36,010 nt of DNA from a virus. Position 1 is the stretch's first letter; each line of letters opens with the position of its first letter. The notes beneath the pieces are model-generated. The model saw nothing but the letters and a program-made list of their open reading frames with translations. It was not told the origin of the DNA and did no database searches. Position numbers and translations under genes: made by a program. Where the stretch lies: IMG/VR virus record IMGVR_UViG_3300025408_000007, one strand, 5' to 3'. Shown piece by piece: positions 1 to 8,863 of this stretch.

Positions 1-83
1 GCTGGATGAAGGCCCTCATCGCCATCGAGGTCGTCATCGTGATCATCGTCTGCACCGTCTACCTGCTCGGGGGAAGTGGGTGA
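1..83 (+). CDS. 3' end of membrane protein (partial; identical to the end of 34527-35243)
   Basis: Identical to 35161-35243; encodes a C-terminal hydrophobic helix; TGA at 81-83. Confidence 0.85.
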   Translation, partial: WMKALIAIEVVIVIIVCTVYLLGGSG

Positions 84-850
84 GCGACAATGTTACCGCT
101 CCTCATCCCCCTGGCTCCTCACCTGGTGCGGGCAGCAACCGCCCCGAGACCGCAGCCGCAGGAACAGCTCCGCCCCTCCCCCTCCTCTCAGACCTCGCCG
201 ACCCCGGCCCCCGCCCGCTCTACCCCGTTTGACATTGCACTCCGGGGCGGCCTCGCCTTCGCCGGCCACCTCATCGGCTCCAGGGTGGACCTGCTCACCG
301 CACCCACCCGCGCCGTCAACCCTTCTATCCCCCGGGCCCGGGAAGAGTTCGCCGCCCGCCCCGTCGAGATGGTCCGGGGCGCCCTCATCGGCGCCAGCCT
401 GATCACCGGCGTCGCCGGAGGCGCTGCTCTCCTCGGTGGCGGGGGCGCCGTCGCCGCAGCAGGTCCGGCCGCGTCCGGCATCATCCGCACCGGCGGCGGC
501 GCAGCTCTCGGGTTCGCCACCCGCACCGCTCCATCCGTCGTCCAGCAGGGCGCCACAGTGGCCGCAACCGCCGCCGGCGCCACGCTCCCGATCGCCCTCG
601 CAAACGAGATCGGCCCCGCCTTCCCCGACCCCGGCCCGCAGTTCCCCACCGGCCGCCCCGGCCCGGAGATCAGCCCCGGCCGCAACCCCTACATCCTCGG
701 CCCCGGCCCCATCCCTCATTCCACCTGGGACCCCGGGCAGGCTGAGTTAGGCCCCGGGGACCGGATATCTCGGCTCGAACGCATCTCTCCCCCGTCCCCG
801 GTCGGCACCCACGAGGTCGGCCTCCACCGCGACCTCCCCGAGATCCGGCC
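1..850 (+). repeat. Direct repeat, copy 1 (copy 2 at 35161-36010)
   Basis: Colinear with no indels; about 49 substitutions in 850 bp by manual comparison, concentrated at 116-602. Confidence 0.97.
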
Positions 851-1577
851 AACCGCCGACGCATGGAGCCCCGGAGCCGCCGAGTTCCTCCAGCGCCCCC
901 AGACGAACGCCCGGTTCCGCGCCACCGAAGCGATCCCGAGCCCATCCCCGTTCGGCCCCTCCGCGTTCCCGGACGCCTTCCCTAACGTCTTCCCGACCGG
1001 CCCCCGGGGGTACATCGCCGACGAGGACGCCCCCTTCATCCAGGCCCCGTCCCCGGAAGTCCCGGCCGTCCACCCCGGCGAAGAGACCGTCCGCTACATC
1101 TTCACGCCCCGACCGGAGACCGTCACCAAACCCGACATAGCCACCTGGACGAAGACGCTCAACCTCGCCGAAGCCGGCACCCGGGACGCAACCGCCGACC
1201 TGACCGCCGACCTCTTCACCTCCCGGTCTACCTTCGCCCCGATGACCGCCCCGCTCTCTCTGGCGATCCCCACCTCCACCACCACTGACATCACCATCCC
1301 CGAGACCGCATACCCCGACACCACCGTCTTCCAGAACCCCGCCGCAAACCCCGTAGCGTTTCCCCCGGAGTTCCCCGAAGAGTTCCTCTTCGAGACCCCC
1401 TTCATCGACCAGACCCGGCGACGGGACCGCGACCCCACGAAGAGAAAGAAGACCGGCAGCCGCGGCAGCAAAGCCGAAACCGCGTTCTGGGAAAACCTCC
1501 GGGTAGCCACCCCCCGCGAGTTCCTCGGCCTCTCCCCGGCTCCCAGAAAGAAACCCGCGAAGCGGAGGAAACGATGA
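90..1577 (+). CDS. Pro/Ala-rich protein with basic C-terminal tail; possible internal virion protein
   Basis: 495-aa ORF with C-ending codon bias and operon spacing; ends RKKPAKRRKR. The second copy keeps the frame open. Confidence 0.8.
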   Translation: MLPLLIPLAPHLVRAATAPRPQPQEQLRPSPSSQTSPTPAPARSTPFDIALRGGLAFAGHLIGSRVDLLTAPTRAVNPSIPRAREEFAARPVEMVRGALIGASLITGVAGGAALLGGGGAVAAAGPAASGIIRTGGGAALGFATRTAPSVVQQGATVAATAAGATLPIALANEIGPAFPDPGPQFPTGRPGPEISPGRNPYILGPGPIPHSTWDPGQAELGPGDRISRLERISPPSPVGTHEVGLHRDLPEIRPTADAWSPGAAEFLQRPQTNARFRATEAIPSPSPFGPSAFPDAFPNVFPTGPRGYIADEDAPFIQAPSPEVPAVHPGEETVRYIFTPRPETVTKPDIATWTKTLNLAEAGTRDATADLTADLFTSRSTFAPMTAPLSLAIPTSTTTDITIPETAYPDTTVFQNPAANPVAFPPEFPEEFLFETPFIDQTRRRDRDPTKRKKTGSRGSKAETAFWENLRVATPREFLGLSPAPRKKPAKRRKR

Positions 1578-1792
1578 CCGACAAGACCCTCTATACCGAA
1601 GAAGAGACGGCAGCGATCGCCCGGTCTGCCGCCTACCGCGCCCGGCTCTCAACCGTGCTCGCCATGCTCGCCGAGACCTACCAGAACGGCCCGGAAGTAG
1701 TCCGGACCACCCTCGACGACATCCGCCGGGACTACGGCCTCACCCAGACCCCCGCACCCACTCCTCCCGGAGGCGACCGTGATGCAGAATGA
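1574..1792 (+). CDS. Hypothetical protein
   Basis: ATGA overlap with upstream stop; typical codon usage. Confidence 0.7.
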   Translation: MTDKTLYTEEETAAIARSAAYRARLSTVLAMLAETYQNGPEVVRTTLDDIRRDYGLTQTPAPTPPGGDRDAE

Positions 1793-2063
1793 CCGGGCAT
1801 CCGCCGGCGTCCTCGCCATCCTCGTTCTCGTCATCATCCTGGTCGGCTTCATCTACATCGCCACCGGCCCCGCCGTAGACACCCTCAACGGACAGTTTGC
1901 CGGCCAGTACGACAACCCCGTCTTCCCCGTATCCCTCGACCGGCAGAACTGCATGGCGAACCTCAACCTCATCTACGGCGCCTTCCTCGTCGTCGCTGTC
2001 ATCCTCCCGCTCGGCCTCTACGCCATCGTGACCGCAAACGCAGAGAATGACGGAGACGTCTGA
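1782..2063 (+). CDS. Two-TM helical-hairpin membrane protein; possible minor capsid protein
   Basis: Short charged leader (MQNDRA), two hydrophobic helices, GGAGG upstream. Confidence 0.75.
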   Translation: MQNDRASAGVLAILVLVIILVGFIYIATGPAVDTLNGQFAGQYDNPVFPVSLDRQNCMANLNLIYGAFLVVAVILPLGLYAIVTANAENDGDV

Positions 2064-2191
2064 TGATTCACAACCCCGTGCTGGTGCTGATCTGCAACAT
2101 CATCTACACCATACTCGGCCTCCTCGCGGTCCCACTCGGCCTCTATGTCATCGTGACGGCAAAACCCGAAGAACATAACGGAGATATCTGA
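2063..2191 (+). CDS. 42-aa membrane peptide paralogous to the C-terminal half of 1782-2063 (not in ORF track)
   Basis: MIHNPVLVLICNIIYTILGLLAVPLGLYVIVTAKPEEHNGDI; TGATG overlap; PLGLY-x-IVTA motif shared with the upstream gene. Confidence 0.6.
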   Translation: MIHNPVLVLICNIIYTILGLLAVPLGLYVIVTAKPEEHNGDI

Positions 2192-2192
2192 A

Positions 2193-2456
2193 ATGAGCGA
2201 TTATCCTATCGTAGTGCCGATCATCACCGGGCTCTTCACCATCATCGGCCTCTTCGCCCTTGTGCTCGGCTTCGGCCCGGTCTCCGACTGGTTCACCCTC
2301 TACATCAGCGCAGGCGGCCCCAACCCCTATGCCGACTCCTGGTATATGCTCGCCAAATTCTTCTACGCCCTGGTCATCGCCGTCGCCATCGTCGCCATCG
2401 TCTGGGTCTGGCAGAGCGTGATCGCCCGGGTGCGGTATCGGAGGGAGGTGCGGTAG
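2193..2456 (+). CDS. Two-TM membrane protein; possible minor virion protein
   Basis: Two hydrophobic helices and a basic C-terminus; abuts the next ATG. Confidence 0.75.
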   Translation: MSDYPIVVPIITGLFTIIGLFALVLGFGPVSDWFTLYISAGGPNPYADSWYMLAKFFYALVIAVAIVAIVWVWQSVIARVRYRREVR

Positions 2457-4982
2457 ATGCAGCGCAATCTCTTCCTCTGCATTCTGGTCGCGTGCCTCTT
2501 CCTCATCAGCCCGGTCACATCGTACAGTAACGAGATGAGCGAATGGATAAATACTGGGGGCCAGGGACGGTACTGGTCGTGGGGGGCCTCCTCCGGCACA
2601 ACTCCAGTAGACGTTCTTCACTTTTCTGATATCACCAGAGCCAATACTCTAAACTACGTAGCTCTAGATGTCCCTAGTGCAGTTGGATCATGGAGCGAAG
2701 GATCCCACCCTATGAGTTACACGCTAGGGGGTGAGACTCATGATGGCGTTTTTTACGTCTCATATTCACGCAACGCACTGGGGAGTATTACAGGCACTCG
2801 GTTCATATTATTTTTTTACGATTGGAATATTGGATCGTTAATGGGCGCACAAGATGTTCAGATCACTCCAATCCTGTACAATGCCACCCGCCTTTATTAT
2901 TCCGACCTTTACGAAGAGGACGGCACCCACTACGTACGGTTTCAGGGTTCCACCGGAGGACGCATCTATACTGATGGTTTGAAAATCAATAATGAATATA
3001 TTGGGCCTCGATATACCGTCACCATCAGTTCCGGCATTGACTGGATGAACCAGATCACCATCTCTGACAGATACGGTGGATCAGATCTCGACGTGGCCCT
3101 CCAGCGAGAATACGGGACCAAAGCCTACGCCTCCACGCTAGATATCCGGAGTCCCTCCGGATCGCTCTACTCTTCGTTCGGCACCACGGACGTGAGCCTA
3201 CTGTACCCAGTCGATAACGTCGTGATGGTAAACGTCACCTCTCCGAGCGGGCAGGTTTACTCCTACCCACAGAGCCTCTATACTCCCGACGAGCCGGAAT
3301 ACAGCCCTATGCTCTACGGCGAGGTCATCGACATCTACACCGGGGATCCCATCAGTGGCGCAACTATCACCGCGACCCAGAGCGCGATCAGCAGAACGCT
3401 CTCGACAACCTCAGATACCTCCGGGGAGTACGCCATATCTCCCGGCCCCGTCGCTGGCTACCCCATCACGATCTCAGCCAGCGCCAGTGGTTACCAGAGC
3501 GCCTCCCTCAGCTTCGCAGAAGTCCCCCGGTACTCGTCCTGGTATGTCCCCCTCCTGATGGTCCCCACCACGGCCCCCGACATCCCCACAGATCCAGAAA
3601 AATCTATGCTCTACGGCTACGTCATCACCCAGGGCAGCCAGCAGCCGATCCAGGGCGCGACCGTCACCCTCTCAGGCGTCGGCAGCACCACAACGAGCAG
3701 CACCGGGTTCTTCGTTTTCAACAACATCACTGCCGACACTTACACCATCAGCGCCTCCGCCCCCTACCACACCCCGCTCTCAGAATCCGTCACCGTCGGA
3801 GCAACCGCCACTCAGCACAACCTCGCCCTGGAAGGCACCCGCTCCCTCACCGTCACCGTCAAGGACGCCAACGACCTCACCTTAGTCCCCGGCACCACGA
3901 TCACCCTCAGCGACGGCCAGACCGCCACCGGCCAGAACCCCGCGACGTTCAATGTCGATTACGGCCAGTATACCATCTCCGTCGCCGCCGAAGGCTATTA
4001 CCCGGGCTCGCAGTACGTCTACGTAGACCGGACCGGCACCACCACCGCAACCGTCCTCATGACCGCCATTGCCGCAACCCCGGACCCGGCCGATCTCACC
4101 AACTACCCGCCGCACAACGTCCGGTTCCACTGCATCGACGACTACGGCGGCCCCCTCTCCAACGTCTCCGTCAGCGCAGAATACCTCGAAACAACGTCCC
4201 CGTGGTCGTGGTTCACCGACCTTCTCGGCATCCCCTCCACCGTCGCCATCAACGAAACCACCCTCGCCGGCACCACCGGCACCGATGGCAGTATCACCTT
4301 CTCCATGGTCGAGGTCGTCCGCTACGCCATCACCGCCCACGACCCCGCCTCGAACCTCAGCGTCAACTTCACCCTCTACCCGCAGGAGACCCAGTACACC
4401 ATCCAGTTCCGCACCCGGCCCCCCTCAGATGCCGAGACCCACCCCCTCTACGAACTCGAAGCCGTCCCGCTCGAAGGCGACACCCAGGTCTCTCTCCGCC
4501 TCGCCTACAAGGACCGCGACAACGCCACAACCTCCATCTGGTTCTGGGTCAAGGACGGCGCCGGCGAATACGTCCACACTGACACCCTTGAACCCACCCT
4601 CCTGAACTGGACCAACACCAGCTACACCGTCGAGAACCACCCCGCCTCATACACCTGGGGCTTCGACGCCACCCACGCCACCCGGGACACCATCAGCGCC
4701 GCCAGAACCATCACCCTCCACGGCTCCGGCCGTCTCGTAGACCTCGGCTTCGAAGACGACTTCTGGTACTACCTCCTCTCGGCCATCTGGATCGTCGGCA
4801 TCGGTGCCATCTTCTCCGGCTCACGGGTCCGGTTCGGCGCCATCATCATCCCGCTCATCGGCGGCGGCGTCCCCACCCTGATCGGCTGGCTCCCGGCCGC
4901 CACCGCCGGCCTCATCGGCATCCTCGTCTTCATCGGCGTCTTCGTCTACATGCGGAAATCCGAATACAAGTTGTATAGGTAG
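2457..4982 (+). CDS. Large secreted, membrane-anchored spike or tail-like protein with carboxypeptidase-regulatory-like beta-sandwich repeats
   Basis: Signal peptide; repeats of the G-x-V...PI-x-GAT...TT-x-x-x-G-x-Y type (GEVIDIYTGDPISGATI, GYVITQGSQQPIQGATV); three C-terminal TM helices. Confidence 0.8.
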   Translation: MQRNLFLCILVACLFLISPVTSYSNEMSEWINTGGQGRYWSWGASSGTTPVDVLHFSDITRANTLNYVALDVPSAVGSWSEGSHPMSYTLGGETHDGVFYVSYSRNALGSITGTRFILFFYDWNIGSLMGAQDVQITPILYNATRLYYSDLYEEDGTHYVRFQGSTGGRIYTDGLKINNEYIGPRYTVTISSGIDWMNQITISDRYGGSDLDVALQREYGTKAYASTLDIRSPSGSLYSSFGTTDVSLLYPVDNVVMVNVTSPSGQVYSYPQSLYTPDEPEYSPMLYGEVIDIYTGDPISGATITATQSAISRTLSTTSDTSGEYAISPGPVAGYPITISASASGYQSASLSFAEVPRYSSWYVPLLMVPTTAPDIPTDPEKSMLYGYVITQGSQQPIQGATVTLSGVGSTTTSSTGFFVFNNITADTYTISASAPYHTPLSESVTVGATATQHNLALEGTRSLTVTVKDANDLTLVPGTTITLSDGQTATGQNPATFNVDYGQYTISVAAEGYYPGSQYVYVDRTGTTTATVLMTAIAATPDPADLTNYPPHNVRFHCIDDYGGPLSNVSVSAEYLETTSPWSWFTDLLGIPSTVAINETTLAGTTGTDGSITFSMVEVVRYAITAHDPASNLSVNFTLYPQETQYTIQFRTRPPSDAETHPLYELEAVPLEGDTQVSLRLAYKDRDNATTSIWFWVKDGAGEYVHTDTLEPTLLNWTNTSYTVENHPASYTWGFDATHATRDTISAARTITLHGSGRLVDLGFEDDFWYYLLSAIWIVGIGAIFSGSRVRFGAIIIPLIGGGVPTLIGWLPAATAGLIGILVFIGVFVYMRKSEYKLYR

Positions 4983-4990
4983 GTGATACC

Positions 4991-5374
4991 ATGCGATTCC
5001 ATGACGTCCTAACCCTGCTCACCTTCTGTGGGCCGGCCATCGCCTTAGTCAACGCCCTCGGCGTCTTCAGCCACAACTACTACGCCGCCCCCGACACCAG
5101 CACCTTCACCCTCTCCGAAATGACCTCCCTTGCGGGCCAGACCGGCCCGCTCGGCATCGGCGATTATGTCGGCATGGCGGTCTCATCCGTCCTCGGCGGC
5201 ATGGGCTGGCTCCAGGACATGATCGGCACCATCGTCTTTGTCTACCCTACGATGGTCGATATCCTCCACGTCCCCGCCCCGGTCGCCGCAATCTCTCAGT
5301 GCGTGGTCGTCCTCTCCATCGTCACGTTCCTGATCCAGCTCGCCAGCAAATTCGGATGGGGGCAGGCGAAATGA
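4991..5374 (+). CDS. Membrane protein
   Basis: GGTGAT RBS; multiple hydrophobic segments. Confidence 0.75.
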   Translation: MRFHDVLTLLTFCGPAIALVNALGVFSHNYYAAPDTSTFTLSEMTSLAGQTGPLGIGDYVGMAVSSVLGGMGWLQDMIGTIVFVYPTMVDILHVPAPVAAISQCVVVLSIVTFLIQLASKFGWGQAK

Positions 5375-7026
5375 GGCGCCCGGCCCTCGCCCTCCTCCTC
5401 GGCTGCCTCCTGCTCGTCGCCGGGGCCTCGGCCCTCGACGGCTACGACTATTACCAGACGATCGAGTACGCCGCCTGCGACCAAGAGACCTATCAGCAGG
5501 ACATCGTGGTCCACCGCACCACCGGCACCGCGTACAACGAGACCGCCGGCGGGCTGGAGACCTGGCATATCTATGTCGGGGACCACTGCCGGGAGGATTA
5601 CGGGGATGTGCGGTTCACTAACAGCACCGGGGCGGAGCTCGCGTATTATCTCTGGCCGGATTATTCGAGCAGCAGCGCCCGGTTTGCCGTGCGGCTGGAG
5701 GGTGCGGACACAGCTGGGACGCTGACAGTCTGGTATGGGAACCCGACAGCGACGACGACGAGCGACGGGGACGCCGTATATCTCTTTTTCGATCAATTCG
5801 AAGGCACTGCTCTGAATACGAGCAAGTGGGATATCACAGCAACCTCACTCACAGTATCTGGTGGGATCTGTACGATCCCTGACAGTGGATGGAAAGGTAT
5901 TGCGACAAAGGCAACCTTTGGGAATGGCGTCATGGCGGTCTGCCATCATAAGGTTTATTCCTCAACGAGTACAACTAGGGTTGCGACCATGGTCGGGTTC
6001 TCCTCCCTGTCCAGTTATGACTCGGGGAGGAACATCTATTATTCCGGCGGCGGGAGCTACGAGTGGCCCGGCGGAGCATCGAAGCCCTTTGCGACTGGCG
6101 GGACTCGCGGAGTCTTCGCAAGCACGATGATCATCCGCAAGGCGGCCGCGTATGTCATGTATAATACCGCTGGAGATACCCGATCCGCGTCTGTGCTCAG
6201 CGGGAACTACCCATTCGTCATCAACAAAGCTGGCCTGGCTGAATATTATGACTACATCCTCGTCCGGGCCTACAGCGCCGCCCCGCCCGCCGCCCTCACT
6301 TTCTCCGGCGAACCCACCTTCATCGCCACCCCCACCGCCGGCCTCGCCCCGCTCTCCGTGCAGTTCACCGACACCTCCACCGGCGGCCCCACATCATGGC
6401 TCTGGACCTTCGGGGACGGCAACACCTCAACCGCCCAGAACCCCGCCCACACCTACACCACAGCCGGCACCTACTCCGTCTCCCTCACCGCCACCAACGA
6501 ATACGGCAGCGACTACGAACTAAAAACCGACTACATCACCGTCTACGGCCCCATCACCGCACAGTTCACCACCAGCATCACCGGCGGCACCGCCCCGCTC
6601 ACCGTCCAGTTCACCGACACCAGCGCCGGCGGCCCCACCTCATGGCTCTGGACCTTCGGCGACGGCAACACCTCCACCGACCAGAACCCGCAGCACACCT
6701 ACACCGTGGCCGGCACCCACACCGTCACTCTCACCGCCTCGCACCCCTACGATAGTGACACCGAGACCAAAACCGCCTACATCACCGTCGCCGTCCTCCA
6801 GCCCTTCCCCGGCCTCTCGCTCACTCCTACCGACCTCACCGGCGACGGCCTTTACGAAGACATCAACGGCAACGGCAGGTCAGACTACAACGACCTCACC
6901 ATCTTCTTCCTCAACCTCGCATGGGCCAGAGACAACGAACCAACCGAGTGCTTCGACTTCAACCAGAACGGCCGCCTCGACTACGCGGACGTCATCGCCC
7001 TCTTCCAGGTGATCAAAAATGCGTAA
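5371..7026 (+). CDS. Secreted adhesin: DUF2341-like + lectin-like domain + 2 PKD + C-terminal dockerin-like domain
   Basis: Signal peptide from ATG 5371; DYGDVRFT...WYGNP motif (DUF2341-like); two VQFTDTS-GGPTSWLWTFGDG PKD repeats; paired EF-hand-like loops DINGNGRSDYND and DFNQNGRLDYAD; no TM anchor. Confidence 0.85.
   Translation: MRRPALALLLGCLLLVAGASALDGYDYYQTIEYAACDQETYQQDIVVHRTTGTAYNETAGGLETWHIYVGDHCREDYGDVRFTNSTGAELAYYLWPDYSSSSARFAVRLEGADTAGTLTVWYGNPTATTTSDGDAVYLFFDQFEGTALNTSKWDITATSLTVSGGICTIPDSGWKGIATKATFGNGVMAVCHHKVYSSTSTTRVATMVGFSSLSSYDSGRNIYYSGGGSYEWPGGASKPFATGGTRGVFASTMIIRKAAAYVMYNTAGDTRSASVLSGNYPFVINKAGLAEYYDYILVRAYSAAPPAALTFSGEPTFIATPTAGLAPLSVQFTDTSTGGPTSWLWTFGDGNTSTAQNPAHTYTTAGTYSVSLTATNEYGSDYELKTDYITVYGPITAQFTTSITGGTAPLTVQFTDTSAGGPTSWLWTFGDGNTSTDQNPQHTYTVAGTHTVTLTASHPYDSDTETKTAYITVAVLQPFPGLSLTPTDLTGDGLYEDINGNGRSDYNDLTIFFLNLAWARDNEPTECFDFNQNGRLDYADVIALFQVIKNA
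6358..6780 (+). repeat. Tandem PKD-domain coding repeat (two copies)
   Basis: Near-identical DNA stretches cagttcaccgacacc...acctacacc beginning near 6361 and 6607. Confidence 0.85.
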
Positions 7027-8092
7027 CCTCCTCGCAACCCTGCTCCTCGCCGCCCTCCTCATCACCACGGCGAGCGCCGCGACCGTCTCCGTCAGCGACG
7101 TAACCTTCCAGAGGGACAGCACCGGGACCGCTACTATCACCCTCACCGGCGCAGACAGCGGCCTCTCCGGTTACTCCCTCACAGCCTCCGTCAGCGGCAC
7201 CGCCGCCCGGATCACACAGGTAGACTTCCCCGGCTGGGCCGTCATCCACAGCGCCGGCGACCTCCCCTCCTCCTCCGTCGCCCTCGACGCCGTAGACCTC
7301 AACAACGCCGTCACCGGCCCCACAGCAACCCTCGCCACCCTCACCCTCTCCGGCATCAGCCCCGGCACCGGCACCATCTCCGTATCCGTCACCTCCATGG
7401 ACGACGACGCCGGCCAGCCCATCACCCCCTCCACCGAGAGCGGCACCTACTCCGTCACCATCGCCCCTGGCGGCACCGACTACCCCCTCTGCGACGGCCT
7501 CACCATCAGCGCCGGCAACATCACCGCACAGAGCGTCCACCTCTCCGGCACCACCCCCTACCCCGAAGTCTGGATCGTCCTCGGCGCCGCCCCCGGAAAA
7601 TACGGGTATCAGTCCTCAATCATCTCCACCAACACCTCAGACTACTCCGCCACCATCGTCTCCCTCCCCCTCATCGCCGGCCAGACCTACTACGCCCGGG
7701 CAGGCACCGCCGGCGGCTACTCCCCGGAGACCTCCTTCAGCCTCCCGGCCCTCACCCCCGCCCCCGTCACCACCCACGGCGACATCTTCCACACCCTCAT
7801 GGCCGGCAACCTCTCCATCGGGGACGTCTGGACCGCCGAGGCCGACCTCTACGCCCGACCCTTCGGCGGCGGAGACTTCGGCCTCGCGGCGTTCATCTCC
7901 ATCGTCTCCGCGTTCGTCTTCGTCATCCTCTTCCTCAGGAGTGGTGATGTGATCGTCCCGTTCACGGTCGCCGCTCTCATCGGCGGTATGCTCGTCCCCT
8001 ACCTCCTCCCGCAGTTCGCGGAGATCGGGTATGCCTTCATGGTCGCGGCGATGATCGGCATAGGCTACAGCCTGTATCGGAGGTACATCTGA
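7019..8092 (+). CDS. Membrane-anchored cohesin-domain protein
   Basis: Signal peptide; GLSGY...ITQVDFPGWA...LPSSSV...AVDL...LATLTL...MDDDAG matches the pattern I recall for methanogen cohesin domains; three C-terminal TM helices. Confidence 0.75.
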   Translation: MRNLLATLLLAALLITTASAATVSVSDVTFQRDSTGTATITLTGADSGLSGYSLTASVSGTAARITQVDFPGWAVIHSAGDLPSSSVALDAVDLNNAVTGPTATLATLTLSGISPGTGTISVSVTSMDDDAGQPITPSTESGTYSVTIAPGGTDYPLCDGLTISAGNITAQSVHLSGTTPYPEVWIVLGAAPGKYGYQSSIISTNTSDYSATIVSLPLIAGQTYYARAGTAGGYSPETSFSLPALTPAPVTTHGDIFHTLMAGNLSIGDVWTAEADLYARPFGGGDFGLAAFISIVSAFVFVILFLRSGDVIVPFTVAALIGGMLVPYLLPQFAEIGYAFMVAAMIGIGYSLYRRYI

Positions 8093-8253
8093 TGACCCGG
8101 AAAAAGGATTACGTGGTAGACCTCCGGCCCCTCGGCGGCCGGGTGGTCCGGATTGACTCCCTGGACACCATCCCCCTCCCCGTCTACGACCGGCGGCAGG
8201 GGTGCTCTCTCGGCCGCTACACGCTCCGGGACCTACAGAAAAAATTCCTTTAA
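8092..8253 (+). CDS. Small hypothetical protein (53 aa, not in ORF track)
   Basis: TGATG overlap; MTRKKDYVVDLRP...KKFL. Confidence 0.45.
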   Translation: MTRKKDYVVDLRPLGGRVVRIDSLDTIPLPVYDRRQGCSLGRYTLRDLQKKFL

Positions 8254-8311
8254 TATATATTTTAGTGGGATACGATAGAATCTATATAGTAACAGATTCT
8301 AAATATATACT
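8250..8311 (+). promoter_or_regulatory. AT-rich promoter with TATA-like boxes and a TAGAATCT/AGATTCTA inverted repeat
   Basis: Sharp AT-rich island; TCTATATAG about 25 nt upstream of ATG 8312; 8-bp inverted repeat flanking it. Confidence 0.6.
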
Positions 8312-8476
8312 ATGCGACAGAGCCCCGCACGAGAAACCTTCCTGCTCGGCAGCGTCGAATCCAAAATCCTCGAAGCAGCCACCGAGAGCGGGATCGCCTG
8401 CTCCAAGTCCGACGCCGCCCGCAAAGCGCTCATTTTCTGGGGCGAACACCACGGGCTCTCCTGTGGGAAGAGGTGA
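8312..8476 (+). CDS. Small RHH-like DNA-binding protein (54 aa, not in ORF track)
   Basis: MRQSPARETFLLGSVESKILEAATESGIACSKSDAARKALIFW; the SKSDAARKAL segment resembles RHH helix B; its end contains the GAGGTGA RBS of the pilin. Confidence 0.55.
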   Translation: MRQSPARETFLLGSVESKILEAATESGIACSKSDAARKALIFWGEHHGLSCGKR

Positions 8477-8481
8477 ATTGA

Positions 8482-8856
8482 ATGTCCTTCAAAAACGATG
8501 AAGCAGTTTCTCCCGTGATCGGGGTGATCCTGATGGTCGCCGTCACCGTCATCCTGGCGGCCGTCATCGCCGCCTTCGTGTTCAACATGGCAGACGACGT
8601 AGAGACAACGAAGACCGTCATGCTCTCCGCAAAGTTAGTGCCGGACGGCATCGAGTCCATCCTCCAGGGCGGATCCGGGCTGGCGCAGTTAGTGGAGATC
8701 ACGTACAGCGTCAACGGGACCGAGAAGGCATCACAGACCGACAATTTCACCGTAGGGAACGTCTCGGTAATCCCCGGCGGGAAAGCGGCCCGGTTCCTCG
8801 TCGTCGGGCACTTCAGCGACGGCAGCGAACAGATCTTACTAAACAAACAGTTCTAA
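8482..8856 (+). CDS. Archaeal type IV pilin (class III signal peptide)
   Basis: KNDEA|VSPVIGVILMVAVTVILAAVIAAFVF is the canonical archaeal pilin N-terminus. Confidence 0.92.
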   Translation: MSFKNDEAVSPVIGVILMVAVTVILAAVIAAFVFNMADDVETTKTVMLSAKLVPDGIESILQGGSGLAQLVEITYSVNGTEKASQTDNFTVGNVSVIPGGKAARFLVVGHFSDGSEQILLNKQF

Positions 8857-8863
8857 CGGTGCA

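Noticed and set aside
747-1652. Long antisense or alternative-frame ORFs (e.g. 747-1652 -, 13553-15049 -, 25176-26318 +, 33146-34327 -)
   Set aside because: They shadow real genes in GC-rich DNA with strong third-position C bias, encode low-complexity G/V/R/P-rich products, and lack RBS or operon coupling.
5299-5370. Longer ORF-track starts (5299, 21858, 22100, 26876, 28754, 31819)
   Set aside because: They overlap neighbouring genes or promoters; downstream ATGs with RBS or stop-start coupling and family-typical N-termini fit better.
2457-7026. Diversity-generating retroelement acting on the adhesins
   Set aside because: No reverse transcriptase and no template/variable repeat pair differing at adenines; the only internal repeat is the PKD duplication.
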